DNA from: an uncultured delta proteobacterium | GTDB taxonomy: Bacteria > Myxococcota_A > Polyangia > Polyangiales > Polyangiaceae | Length of the DNA: 64,000 bases | Reading direction: 5' to 3' | Assembly: GCA_963696385.1 (NCBI GenBank) | Contig: CAVOKF010000001.1 | Coordinates: 64,001 to 128,000 of the forward strand | Shown: piece after piece, positions 1 to 12,989 of the stretch | Layout of the letters: each line of letters starts with the position of its first letter | How positions within the stretch are numbered: the stretch's first letter is position 1 | Translations under genes and position numbers: made by a program | The notes under the pieces: model-generated | What the model saw: the letters and a program-made list of their open reading frames with translations, nothing else | Databases searched by the model: none | Told to the model about the DNA's origin: nothing

Positions 1-2
1 AC

Positions 3-3000
3 GGCAGTCTGGATCTCGGCCGCATGACCGTCGACGCGCGGGTGCAGGCTCGCGCCGCCCAACTCGCCCGGGGATCCACCCGCGCCGACCGCATCTCGCT
101 CGAAGCTCGAGTGCACGGCTTCGTGGCCGATCCCGACTTCGAAGTCACGTTGCACGGTGAAGGCCTCGTCGTCGGGGGGGAGCGCCTCACCGTGGGCGAC
201 GTCCGCGCCGTCGGTCGACCGACGGCTTGCCACGTCGTCGCCTCCGCGCACGGGCCGAACGTTGGGGAGGCGGATGCCCGCTTCGATGCGGAGGTCGACG
301 GCGGGCTCTCGCTCACGGCGATGCACGCGGCACTCGCTCGATCGGGCGAACGGGCCGTCGTCACCGCGAACCGCGTTCGGGTGGACGCCGAGGGCATCCG
401 CGTCGAGCAGGCGCGGATTCAAGGACTCGGCGCCCCGGTGACCGCCACGTTTGCGCTGTCGCGAGCCACTCTGCGCCTGCACGCGTCGACGGTCGGAATC
501 GATCTCGCGCGCGCCGGTCGGCTGGCGCATGTCGATAGCGTGCTCGAGGCCGGAACTCTCGCCTTCGATGCGGACATGGACGTGCGCCGAAGCGGCGGGG
601 CCCGCGGCCGCGCCACCGTCACGCTGAGCGGGGCCTCGCTCGGAGGCGTTCGGAATGTCGGCGCCGCGCTGGAGGTCCAGATCGCAGGGCGCACGATCGC
701 CGGCAAGGCCCACGCCGAAGTTCCCGGCGTCGGGTCCCTCGGGATCGATGTGCCCAAGCTCGACATCGCCGGCACGGCGCCGCTTTCGATCGCTTCGTGG
801 AGGCAGGCGTACGGATCCGTCGGCATCGACGCGCACGTCGATCTGGCCAAGGCGGCCTCGATCCTTCCCGCGGAGACCGCGTGGCTCGGCCAAGCTCGTG
901 GAGACGTCGTGCTCCGGGCGCACGGGCGGCGCGATCCGGCGTCGACGCCCGAGATCGGCATCTCGGTCGCGACGCACGACCTGGCTTACGCGCCCAGGAC
1001 GCCGACATCTCGTCAGATCGACGGGGTCCTGGTGATCGAACCGCCGCCTTGGCACCTCGATGGCGTCGACTTCGACGTCGACGGCACCGTCGACGCCCAG
1101 ACCGGCAGGGTCGACTTCGTGACCCGCATCCACGATCACGATGGGAATCTCGCCGAGGTGCATGCCTCTTCGCCGAACTTTCCGGTCGAGGATCTCATCG
1201 AGCAACCGGATCGCCTCGCATCCGATCTCCGACAAACGGCGTTCGACGTGCATGTCGACGTGCCGGAGCGAGAGCTGGGCGACCTACCGGACCTCTTGAA
1301 GCAGGACTTCGTCGACGGCACGCTCAAGGCCGATCTCCGTCTCAAGGGCACAGTGCTCGACCCCGAAGTCGTCCTCGCCGCGACGCTAAGGAACTCTCAC
1401 TTCTCGAGCGAACAAGCATCCGCGACTCCGATCGATTTCGACATCGCGGCGCACTACGACGGCCGTCACGGCACCGCGTCGGTGAAGGCCCGCGCCGACG
1501 GGCGGCCGATGCTCGACTTCGAGGGGCAGGGCGATTCCGCCGTGGGGTCGTGGCTCGATAGGACGGGCTCGCCGGCATGGAAGGCCTCGGCTCGAGCCCA
1601 CTTCTCCGACTTCCCGCTCGAGACGATCCCCGCCCTCGACGACAAGCTCGTCTCCGGTCGAGTGAGCGGCGACTGCTCTGTCGTCAACCTCCACGACGAC
1701 GCCCGTTTGGAGGGAACCCTCGATGTCGAAGCACTGCGGATCGGCAGTTACCGGTATCGCTCCGCCCAGATCAAGCTGGGTGCCGACGGTCACGATGTCG
1801 ACGCGGACGCTCGCATCGACCAAACCGACGGCTTTGCTCAGGTCAAGGCCCGTGCGGCGATGGCTTGGGGGTCCAGACCGATCCCGACGCTGGATCCCGG
1901 CCGGCCACTCGACGTCGACCTGACGACCAAGAATTTCCGCATTGGCGTGCTGCAGGTCTTTCTGGGCGGCACGTTCGACGAACTCGACGGACGGCTGGAC
2001 GGGGAAACGCACATCGAGCTCGACCCGAAAACGAGAGGCGCGAAGCTCTCGGGCAACCTGGCGTTGAGCCGTGGCGCGATCGAAGCCTCCGCGGGCGGTG
2101 GCGAGTTCCACGACATCGCCGCCCAAATTCGCTTCTCGCCGGACGGGACGGTGGCTCTTCAGTCGCTCACGGCCTCGGGCGTGACGGGACGGCTGCAAGC
2201 GACCGGGTCGGCGCAGCTGGACGGCACGCGCCTCCGGTCGGCCAAGGCGGTCATCGAGATCCCCCACGGTTCGGGGGTCCCGATCAGCGCGGCCGGCGCC
2301 GAAGTGGGGACGATCGACGGGCGGATCGAGGTCTCGGCGGTGACGTCGGATGAGGGACGCACGACGGGCGTCCGCGTGACGGTGCCCCATTTGCGGGTCG
2401 TATTGCCGGACGCAGCGACGAACGACGCGATCGCACTCGAACCGATGCCTCGTGTTCGCATCGGCGTGCATCGAGGGCAGCCCGACACGTTCGTTCTCGT
2501 TCCGATCGATCCCGTGCAGCCCGCCGCGGGATCGTCGCGGGCCCGGGCGCGTCTGAACATCGCCGCGAAGCTCGTCGACGTTCAGGTGGTCCGCGGCACC
2601 GACATCCGAGTCGACCTCGACGGCAGCCTGACGATCGAAGCCGGAGCGACCACCGACGTCACCGGACAGATCCATTTGAAGAGCGGCGGTCAGATCGCAT
2701 TTCAGGGCAAGAATTTCACGGTCGAAAGCGGGACGGTGACGATGGTCGGGCCGGATCCATCGAACCCGCAAGTCCTCCTCAAGGCCGGTTGGACGGCCCC
2801 GGACGGCACGATCGTGTACGCGAACTTCATCGGTCCGCTCAAGACCGGAAAGGTCACGCTCACCTCCGAGCCGCAGCTGCCGCAAGAGCAAATCGTCGAG
2901 CTCTTGGTCTTTGGGTCGGCGATCGGGCAGCAGGAGCAAGCGTCCTCGTCCTCGTCCTCGACCTCGACCTCGACCTCGGCCGCGACGACCGCGGTCGGGC

Positions 3001-3302
3001 CGGTCGGGGGTCAAGCCGCACAACCCTTGAACCACATACTGAATCAGTTCGGTCTCGGCGCCGTGACGACGACGGTCGACACGACCCAATCGGCGAACCC
3101 GAAACCCGAGGTGGCCGTCCGCATCGCACGCGACATCACGGTGCAGATCGCCTACGTGCTCGGAGTGCTTCCGTACGGCGTGAACCCGGATACGACGCTC
3201 GTGACCGTCGACTGGCGCTTCGTGACCCACTGGTCTCTCGCATCGACGGTCGGCAATGCGGGGTCGGCGATCTTCGACCTCTTGTGGAAGGCGAGCTACT
3301 GA
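3..3302 (+). CDS. tamB: TamB/AsmA-like translocation-assembly module protein, 5'-partial
   Basis: Frame is open from the window edge (GSLDLGR before Met at 24). Repeating amphipathic beta-strands. C-terminal DUF490-like region (G.I.FQGKNFTVESGTV...P.NP, LTSEPQLPQEQIVELLVFG) ending in WKASY. Confidence 0.8.
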   Translation, partial: GSLDLGRMTVDARVQARAAQLARGSTRADRISLEARVHGFVADPDFEVTLHGEGLVVGGERLTVGDVRAVGRPTACHVVASAHGPNVGEADARFDAEVDGGLSLTAMHAALARSGERAVVTANRVRVDAEGIRVEQARIQGLGAPVTATFALSRATLRLHASTVGIDLARAGRLAHVDSVLEAGTLAFDADMDVRRSGGARGRATVTLSGASLGGVRNVGAALEVQIAGRTIAGKAHAEVPGVGSLGIDVPKLDIAGTAPLSIASWRQAYGSVGIDAHVDLAKAASILPAETAWLGQARGDVVLRAHGRRDPASTPEIGISVATHDLAYAPRTPTSRQIDGVLVIEPPPWHLDGVDFDVDGTVDAQTGRVDFVTRIHDHDGNLAEVHASSPNFPVEDLIEQPDRLASDLRQTAFDVHVDVPERELGDLPDLLKQDFVDGTLKADLRLKGTVLDPEVVLAATLRNSHFSSEQASATPIDFDIAAHYDGRHGTASVKARADGRPMLDFEGQGDSAVGSWLDRTGSPAWKASARAHFSDFPLETIPALDDKLVSGRVSGDCSVVNLHDDARLEGTLDVEALRIGSYRYRSAQIKLGADGHDVDADARIDQTDGFAQVKARAAMAWGSRPIPTLDPGRPLDVDLTTKNFRIGVLQVFLGGTFDELDGRLDGETHIELDPKTRGAKLSGNLALSRGAIEASAGGGEFHDIAAQIRFSPDGTVALQSLTASGVTGRLQATGSAQLDGTRLRSAKAVIEIPHGSGVPISAAGAEVGTIDGRIEVSAVTSDEGRTTGVRVTVPHLRVVLPDAATNDAIALEPMPRVRIGVHRGQPDTFVLVPIDPVQPAAGSSRARARLNIAAKLVDVQVVRGTDIRVDLDGSLTIEAGATTDVTGQIHLKSGGQIAFQGKNFTVESGTVTMVGPDPSNPQVLLKAGWTAPDGTIVYANFIGPLKTGKVTLTSEPQLPQEQIVELLVFGSAIGQQEQASSSSSSTSTSTSAATTAVGPVGGQAAQPLNHILNQFGLGAVTTTVDTTQSANPKPEVAVRIARDITVQIAYVLGVLPYGVNPDTTLVTVDWRFVTHWSLASTVGNAGSAIFDLLWKASY

Positions 3303-3327
3303 CCCCGCGGTCCACGCGAGAGTGGGA

Positions 3328-4221
3328 TCACGCTCGGGAGCCGGTGAGCGCCTCGAAGCCGGAGATCACGTCGAACAGTTCCTCGTCGATGCCGCTCTGG
3401 CGCAGCCGGTGAAACGCGCCTTGCAAATGCTCGATCAACTCGTCGATGTTCTTGTCGGCTCGCTGCATCGCCGCCAGGCGGCTCGCGTTCTCGCTCGCAA
3501 GCGACTCGGCGCAGGCCCGGAAGAGCGAGATGAAAATATGCTCGCGAACCAGCGCGAGCAGCGTTGCGCCGCCGTGACCCAAGACCTCCGGCAGGGGGCC
3601 CTTCGGCCAGCGCATGCCGACGAGCTTGTTGCGCCACTCTTCGTCGAGCGGGAGCAGTCGTTGACCGACCGGCTCGTAGGCCGATCCGGCCGCGGGGCGG
3701 TTGTGGAACAGGTGCAGTTCGGTGACCTCACCCTTGCTGTGGCGAGTCTCGGTCTGAACGAGAATTTGCTGTACCAGAGGAGTGATGGCGGCGACACCGG
3801 TCGGCACGGTCAAAGGATCCATCAGCGGCAGGCCCGCGTCCGAAAAGCGCGCGCGAACGCGCGAACCGACGGCCCAAACCAGCGCCATTCCCGGAAGCGC
3901 TCGGATGGCCTGGATCGCATAATCCGCCACCACGTCATTGAACTGGCCGACGAGCCCCTGGTCCGAACCGAATACGACGGCACCGGTCACACCCCGATCG
4001 GTCCGTCCTTTCCCCTGCCGGGCCCGAGCCGCCGGTTCGGTGTTGCGAAAGCACGCGCCGAGACCAAGCTCCACGGTCCAGTAGTAGTCGGCAAGTGCCC
4101 GCACCGACTCCCTGTACTGTTCGATGCTCGACGAGGCCAAGACCTTCATCGTGCGGACGACGGATTGGAGCTCTCCAGCGCTCTCGATTTTTCGACGCAG
4201 ACTGGCGGTCGTTTCGCTCAC
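3328..4221 (-). CDS. atpG: N-ATPase gamma subunit
   Basis: [57 protein letters not shown] start at 4221 overlaps the atpA stop (GTGA). Confidence 0.95.
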   Translation of the reverse strand: MSETTASLRRKIESAGELQSVVRTMKVLASSSIEQYRESVRALADYYWTVELGLGACFRNTEPAARARQGKGRTDRGVTGAVVFGSDQGLVGQFNDVVADYAIQAIRALPGMALVWAVGSRVRARFSDAGLPLMDPLTVPTGVAAITPLVQQILVQTETRHSKGEVTELHLFHNRPAAGSAYEPVGQRLLPLDEEWRNKLVGMRWPKGPLPEVLGHGGATLLALVREHIFISLFRACAESLASENASRLAAMQRADKNIDELIEHLQGAFHRLRQSGIDEELFDVISGFEALTGSRA

Positions 4222-5975
4222 GGTTTCGCCTTCGGCGCGGTCTTGGTATCCGCTGGGGGCGTGACTGCAGGGGCAACCTGGGGAGGGGTCTCGGGCTTGG
4301 GCGGATTCGGCGCGGTCTTGGTATCCGCTGGGGGCGTGACTGCAGGGGCAACCTGGGGTGGGGTCTCGGGCTTGGGCGGATTCGGCGCGGTCTTGGTATC
4401 CGCTGGGGGCGTGACTGCAGGGGCAACCTGGGGTGGGGTCTCGGGCTTGGGCTGAAAGGGCGCGAGTGCGGCGCGAGCCGTGTCCACCGTCGTCTTGCGA
4501 TCCGCATCGCTCAGCTTGGGTGCGGTCTCGAACCGGGCGAGCACCTCCGCCGAAATGCCGGCCGCCGCGGTTTGCACGGCGCGTTCGGCGTCGGTCATCC
4601 GGTCCATCGGTACCGCATCGAAGAGTTCGGCGGTCAGCGCGAGCAGGACGGCGATTTGCGCCGGGACCGATACCGGACTGAGCTCCGGCTGCTTGAGGCA
4701 CGCTCGGATTCGCCTTCCGTGCTCGATGGTCTTGCGCGTGCCGTCGTCCAAGCGGGCGCCGAAGCGCGCAAAGCTCTCGAGCTCTTCGAACTGCGCATAC
4801 GCGAGCTTCAGGTCGCCGGCGACCGATCGGAACGCCGCACGTTGCGCCTCGCCGCCGACACGCGAGACCGATTTGCCGACGTCGACCGCGGGCAGCACGC
4901 CCAATTCGAACAGAGACGGCGACAGGTAAATCTGTCCGTCCGTAATCGAGATCAGGTTGGTCGGAATGTAGGCGGAGATGTCCTGCGCTTCCGTTTCGAT
5001 GATCGGAATCGCGGTGAGCGAGCCGTTGCCGAGCTCCGCACGCAAGTGGGTGGCCCGTTCGAGCAGCCGCGAATGAATGTAGAAGATGTCGCCGGGAAAT
5101 GCCTCGCGGCCCGGAGGTCGTCGGAGCAAAAGGGAAATCTCCCGATAGGCCCGGGCGTGCTGGGTGAAGTCATCGAAAACGATGAGCACGTCCCGACCCG
5201 CTTCCATGAAGTGCTCCGCGATGCTGGTCGCGGCATACGGAGCGATGTAGATGAGCCCGGGTGGGTCGTTGCCTTCGGCCACGAGGACGACCGTGTGATC
5301 CATCGCGCCTCTCGCCCGGAGGGTCGCTACGGCTTTCGCCACCGCCGAGGCGCGCTGGCCGATCGCACAATAGACACACACGACGTTCTGGCCTTGCTGG
5401 TTGAGAATGGTGTCGAGGGCAATGGCCGTTTTTCCGGTCTGCCGATCGCCCAAAATCAACTCGCGCTGGCCGCGTCCGATGGGAATGAGCGCATCGATGA
5501 CCTTCAATCCGGTCTGCAGGGGCACGGTGACTGCCGCGCGGTCCATGATGGGCGTGGCGGGACGCTCGATCGGCAACCGATGGCTCGAGACCACCGGTCC
5601 CCGACCATCGAGGGGCTTTCCGAGCGGATCGATGACGCGTCCCAATAGTCCGTCGCCCACGGCCACATCCATGACGCGACCCGTGCGCTCCACCTCGTCG
5701 CCGGCGTGCAGGTGAGAATAGTCCCCGAGCAGCACGACGCCGACTTCGCTTTCGTCCACGTTGAAGGCGATGCCGAGCGTGCCATCGGGGAACCGAACCA
5801 ACTCCTCGAAACCGACGCTTGGAAGGCCCGAGATTTTGGCGATGCCGGTGAAGACGGCCGTCACCCGACCGACCTCGTGCGCCACGAGCCCCGCCGTGAA
5901 GCCCTCCCGCGCTCGGCCGAGATCCTCGAACGCGCCGTCGAGGACGCTGGCCAAGCTCTCAGGCGTGGGGTTCAT
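4218..5975 (-). CDS. atpA: N-ATPase alpha subunit with Pro-rich repeated C-terminal tail
   Basis: [52 protein letters not shown]. Confidence 0.97.
   Translation of the reverse strand: MNPTPESLASVLDGAFEDLGRAREGFTAGLVAHEVGRVTAVFTGIAKISGLPSVGFEELVRFPDGTLGIAFNVDESEVGVVLLGDYSHLHAGDEVERTGRVMDVAVGDGLLGRVIDPLGKPLDGRGPVVSSHRLPIERPATPIMDRAAVTVPLQTGLKVIDALIPIGRGQRELILGDRQTGKTAIALDTILNQQGQNVVCVYCAIGQRASAVAKAVATLRARGAMDHTVVLVAEGNDPPGLIYIAPYAATSIAEHFMEAGRDVLIVFDDFTQHARAYREISLLLRRPPGREAFPGDIFYIHSRLLERATHLRAELGNGSLTAIPIIETEAQDISAYIPTNLISITDGQIYLSPSLFELGVLPAVDVGKSVSRVGGEAQRAAFRSVAGDLKLAYAQFEELESFARFGARLDDGTRKTIEHGRRIRACLKQPELSPVSVPAQIAVLLALTAELFDAVPMDRMTDAERAVQTAAAGISAEVLARFETAPKLSDADRKTTVDTARAALAPFQPKPETPPQVAPAVTPPADTKTAPNPPKPETPPQVAPAVTPPADTKTAPNPPKPETPPQVAPAVTPPADTKTAPKAKP
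4231..4452. repeat. 75-bp in-frame tandem repeat x3 in the atpA 3' end ([25 protein letters not shown])
   Basis: Units begin at 4231, 4306 and 4381 and are near-identical at DNA level. Confidence 0.95.
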
Positions 5976-6765
5976 GGGCCTGGGTCGGCGGGGTGGGTGG
6001 ACTCTTGGCCTGCTGGTCGAGGATCTCGCCGACGCGCTCTTCGAGCGAACCGAGGTATCCCGCGAGGGTCCACGACAGTTTCTGGCCGTTCGTCGCGATT
6101 TCGACTCCGCTGATCAGCTCGGGCGCCGTCTCGAATCGAATGCGAACTTCGGCGGAGAAGGTCTCGTTGAGCGCATTCTGGATCGCGGCGCGCTGGTCCT
6201 CTGGCAGTCCGAACGCGCTGCGCACGATCGCCGGCTCGGACGCCGTTTTCAGAGCGTCGCCGAGCCGTGCCTTCCCCGGGCCGTCCATCTGTCGCAAGCG
6301 ACGTGTGAAGATTTCGCCCATGCGCTCTTCCAGACTCGTCGTGGCCAGATCGGTCAGCGCCTTGCGCGCAACGGCAAACACTTCCTGTTCGGTCCGGCGA
6401 GCGATGGCTTGATTGAGGTCGCGCGCCTCGCTTTTCAAACTTTCCTGTCGCTTGGCTCGCAGGGCGTCGGCCGCGTGCGTCGCTTCGCCGATCAGCCGCA
6501 GACGTTCGGCCTTGGCGTCCTCGGTCGCTTGACTCAAGAGCGCCGCTCGCTTTTGGTCGATCTCTTCGTTCTTCTTCGCGAACTCGTCTCGCTCTTTTTT
6601 GGCTTCGGCCTTCTTCGCATCGGCGTCCGCCATCTCCAGAGCGATCCGCTTCTCTCGGGCATCGATGGCGTGCAGGATCGGCTTGTAAAGAAAGCGCTTC
6701 ATCAACCACACGAGGATGACGAAGTTGAGCGCCTGCGCGCCTACGGTAAACCAGTCGATCAGCAT
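5959..6765 (-). CDS. atpF: N-ATPase b subunit (long b/delta-like form)
   Basis: [30 protein letters not shown], coiled coil, C-terminal delta-like segment ([13 protein letters not shown]). Confidence 0.93.
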   Translation of the reverse strand: MLIDWFTVGAQALNFVILVWLMKRFLYKPILHAIDAREKRIALEMADADAKKAEAKKERDEFAKKNEEIDQKRAALLSQATEDAKAERLRLIGEATHAADALRAKRQESLKSEARDLNQAIARRTEQEVFAVARKALTDLATTSLEERMGEIFTRRLRQMDGPGKARLGDALKTASEPAIVRSAFGLPEDQRAAIQNALNETFSAEVRIRFETAPELISGVEIATNGQKLSWTLAGYLGSLEERVGEILDQQAKSPPTPPTQAHEPHA

Positions 6766-6768
6766 GGG

Positions 6769-7044
6769 TTACTTTCCCGCGGCGATGACGTGGTTCCAGA
6801 ACGGATTGGCAAATAGGAGAATCATCGAGACCACGAAGCAGTAGATGGCCGTGGATTCGATCATCGCGAGGCCCACGAACAGGGTCCGGGTGATGGTGGC
6901 GGACGCATCGGGCTGCTGGGCCAGCGATGTCACGGCCGTGGCGACCGCTCGCCCTTCCGCCAGCGCGGGCCCCATCGTGCCGAAGGCGATCGTGATGCCG
7001 GAAATGACGATGGATGCGAGCGCGATGGTTGTCGTATTGTCCAT
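6769..7044 (-). CDS. atpE: N-ATPase c subunit, Na+-binding signature
   Basis: QQP loop; ESTAIY in helix 2 and a Glu in helix 1 (GPALAEGRA), the N-ATPase two-Glu signature. Confidence 0.96.
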   Translation of the reverse strand: MDNTTTIALASIVISGITIAFGTMGPALAEGRAVATAVTSLAQQPDASATITRTLFVGLAMIESTAIYCFVVSMILLFANPFWNHVIAAGK

Positions 7045-7075
7045 GATAAATCCTTTGGGGGGGTCGTCGGGCGTT

Positions 7076-7771
7076 TCAGGGTCGAGGCACGGGCTTTGGC
7101 TTGCGATCCCGCGTCCGCGTCGCGGCAGCGATGTAGACCGCGGCCAAAATGCTGAAAATGTAGGCTTGAACCATGCCGGTGAGCAGGCCGAGCACGGTCA
7201 TCACGATCGGAAAGAAGAATGGAGTGATCGTCAGTAAAATGCCGACAATCATCGCCCCGCTCATCATGTTGCCGAAGAGGCGGACGGCCAGCGCCAGCGT
7301 GCGCGAGGCTTCGCCGATGATGTTGAACGGCAGCATCATGGGGGTCGGCTCGACGTACGACTCGAGGTACCGGCCGAGCCCCTGTTCCTTGATGCCGTAG
7401 AGCGGCACGGCCACGAATACGCACAGGGCGAGTGCGACGGTGGTCGACAGCGAGCCCGTAGGGGGTTCGAAGCCGGGAATGACCGTGCAGAGGCTCGACG
7501 TGGCGACGAAGAGAAACAGCGTTCCCAGAAAGCCCACATACTTCTCGGGGTGGGCAAGGCCGACGTCTTCGATTTGGCTTTGGATGGCGGTGACGACGAT
7601 TTCCAGACCGTTCTGCCAGCGGGCACGCTCGAGGTCCGTGGAGAGTTTGCGCGTGATGAGTCTCAATCCGACGGCCAGGACGGCCATCAGACCCCATGTG
7701 AACGCAATCGTGGCGTTGATTTTGAACAACCCGTATCGCCAGAAGATCCATTCATCGGGGCTGAGGCGCAT
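7076..7771 (-). CDS. atpB: N-ATPase a subunit
   Basis: PPTGSLSTT, PFNIIGEASRTLALAVRLFGNM, QAYIFSILAAVYI. Confidence 0.96.
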   Translation of the reverse strand: MRLSPDEWIFWRYGLFKINATIAFTWGLMAVLAVGLRLITRKLSTDLERARWQNGLEIVVTAIQSQIEDVGLAHPEKYVGFLGTLFLFVATSSLCTVIPGFEPPTGSLSTTVALALCVFVAVPLYGIKEQGLGRYLESYVEPTPMMLPFNIIGEASRTLALAVRLFGNMMSGAMIVGILLTITPFFFPIVMTVLGLLTGMVQAYIFSILAAVYIAAATRTRDRKPKPVPRP

Positions 7772-8075
7772 GGCGGTCCTCCCGTCCCGGGCCGATCCGG
7801 TTTCGTCCCGACGGCTGCGTCAGCGCCGTTACGGCGGGACGCGCCAGAACGAATCCGAACAAGCAGAAAAGTAGCCGTGGCGCGTGCCCGCCGCCAACCC
7901 AGGTAAGGCCCGTCAACGCCACCGCCATTCGCACGACAAAGCTGAAAACCAGCCAAAGCGCCGGCCGCCGGGACGAGGCTGCGCAGAGAACCGTCCACCA
8001 CAGGCCGCCGAAGAACGTTGCACCCAAAAGGCCCCCGGCCACCCACGCGAGCATCCATGTCACCGCGTCACTCAT
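7752..8075 (-). CDS. atpR: N-ATPase AtpR subunit
   Basis: Three TM helices with FFGGLWWTV and intramembrane Arg residues (VVRM, LARP); lies between atpQ and atpB. Confidence 0.85.
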   Translation of the reverse strand: MSDAVTWMLAWVAGGLLGATFFGGLWWTVLCAASSRRPALWLVFSFVVRMAVALTGLTWVGGGHAPRLLFCLFGFVLARPAVTALTQPSGRNRIGPGREDRHAPQPR

Positions 8076-8476
8076 CGGGGTCTCCTCGTTGCTCGCGCCC
8101 GAGGGCCTCTTGCTCCTTGGCCACCCAGCGCCATGCATTCCAACAGCCGAGCGCGAGCCCTGCCATGAGCAGCGCGAGCGTCCAGGAAAACCGGCCGGGG
8201 TGCCTGGCGTCCAGCCACAGCCCGAGAGCCGTTCCGAGCAGGGTCGGAATCGCCACCGACCACCCGATGAGTCCCATCATGCCCAAACCGAACCAGGCGC
8301 CTTCGGAGCGACGCCCCGCTCGGATCTTGCGCGCCGCCTTGGCGCCGACCTGTTCGGCGAACGTCGGAGCGTGCTTCGCGGCTGTCCCGGTCGGCGCGTC
8401 CGTCTTGCGCGCCGGCTTGGCGCCGACCGGTTCGGCGAACGTCGGGGCGTGCTTCGCGGCTGTCCCGGTCGGCTCG

Positions 8477-8484
<8 letters not shown>
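8068..8484 (-). CDS. atpQ: N-ATPase AtpQ (AtpZ/AtpI family) with duplicated N-terminal segment
   Basis: WFGLGMMGLIGWSVAIPTLLG...WLD...SWTLALL..G...GCWNAWRWV. Confidence 0.88.
8326..8473. repeat. Two-copy direct repeat, 78-bp period, in atpQ (PTGTAAKHAPTFAE[PQ]VGAK[PA]ARK)
   Basis: Copies at about 8326-8395 and 8404-8473 differ at about 3 positions. Confidence 0.9.
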
Positions 8485-11858
<3,374 letters not shown>

Positions 11859-11971
11859 CGACGCGGCAAGTTAACCACGATCGAGGCGCGCCGCCTCGAC
11901 CCCGGTCCCCCCGGCTCTTGTGACCGTCCAGGTCGACCGGCACCGCGTCGAACGCCCCGCTTCGCGGGCCG

Positions 11972-12944
11972 TCAAAACGTGTCCTGCCACTCCGCCCCCT
12001 CTTCAGTGGTTGTGCCCCGCTCGGAGGTGTACCACGGCCCGCTTTCGTCGGAAGCCCTCGACGAGAGCGGCGTGCCGTACATCGTCCAGAACGCATCGCG
12101 CACGGCCACCCGCATCGCGCGTGCGTCCCGCCACCGGGCGGCGCGGTCGCGGCGGAGCGCCCGGTCGACGAGGACGACGATCGCTCGAATCGGCTCCCGG
12201 CAGCGCGGTCGACAGAGATCGAGCGGGGATGGCCGCGCTCGCCACGAGCAATTCCGGCACGGTCGTCTGCGGGTGCACGGCTTGACCGGAGAGCAGGGTG
12301 AATGCCGTCGCGCCGAGCGACCACAAATCGCTCTGTCCGTCCACCCAATCCCATCGCCCACGAGCTTGCTCGGGCGACATGAACCCGGGAGTTCCCATCG
12401 CGAACCCAAGGGGAGGCGCGGGAAGCGGCGCCGAGGTCGGCCCGCGCAGACCCGCGATGCCGAAGTCGAGAATTTTGACTTCCCCCTCGGTCGTGAGAAA
12501 TAAGTTCGCTGGTTTGATGTCGCGATGAACGATCCCCGCATCGTGCAGAGCGATGAGGCCCTCGAGCACTTGATCGAGGATGTAGAGGACTCGGTCGGCG
12601 GCAAGCCGGCCGCCCGCGGCGAACGCACACTCGCACAGCGTTGCCCCTTCGAGCAGCTCCATCACGACGCAAACATTGCCCTCGTCGTCGACGGCATCGT
12701 CCAGGACCCGCACCGTATGCGGGTGTTCTTCGCGCAGGAACGGGCACGCAATCTCCGGCGTCATCGACCAGTTTGGGTGCAGGATCTTGATCGCACTGCG
12801 CCTTCCATTCCGGTGGGTGGCGGCGTACACGGCGGCCATCGTGCCGACGTCGATGAGCTCGTCGTACCGCCATGTTCCGTGCAGCGTGCCTCCGACGCGC
12901 GCTGCGGCACGGGATTGATCGTCGGTCGTGAAGCTCTGCAGCAT
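11972..12944 (-). CDS. Hanks-type Ser/Thr protein kinase, single-base insertion at 12188/12189; possibly degenerate
   Basis: AIKILH, HRDIKPANLF, DFGIA, GTPGFMSPEQ, SDLWSLG. Subdomain XI (LVDRAL...RW.DARAM) lies in the other frame (ORF 11972..12628). Confidence 0.85.
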
Positions 12945-12964
12945 GGCCGGCGTAGGAGGCGTGT

Positions 12965-12980
12965 CGCACGTTCCATGCCG
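12965..12980 (-). promoter_or_regulatory. sigma54-like promoter upstream of the kinase
   Basis: Minus strand CGGCATGGAACGTGCG; overlaps no confident CDS. Confidence 0.5.
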
Positions 12981-12989
12981 AACGGTTGC

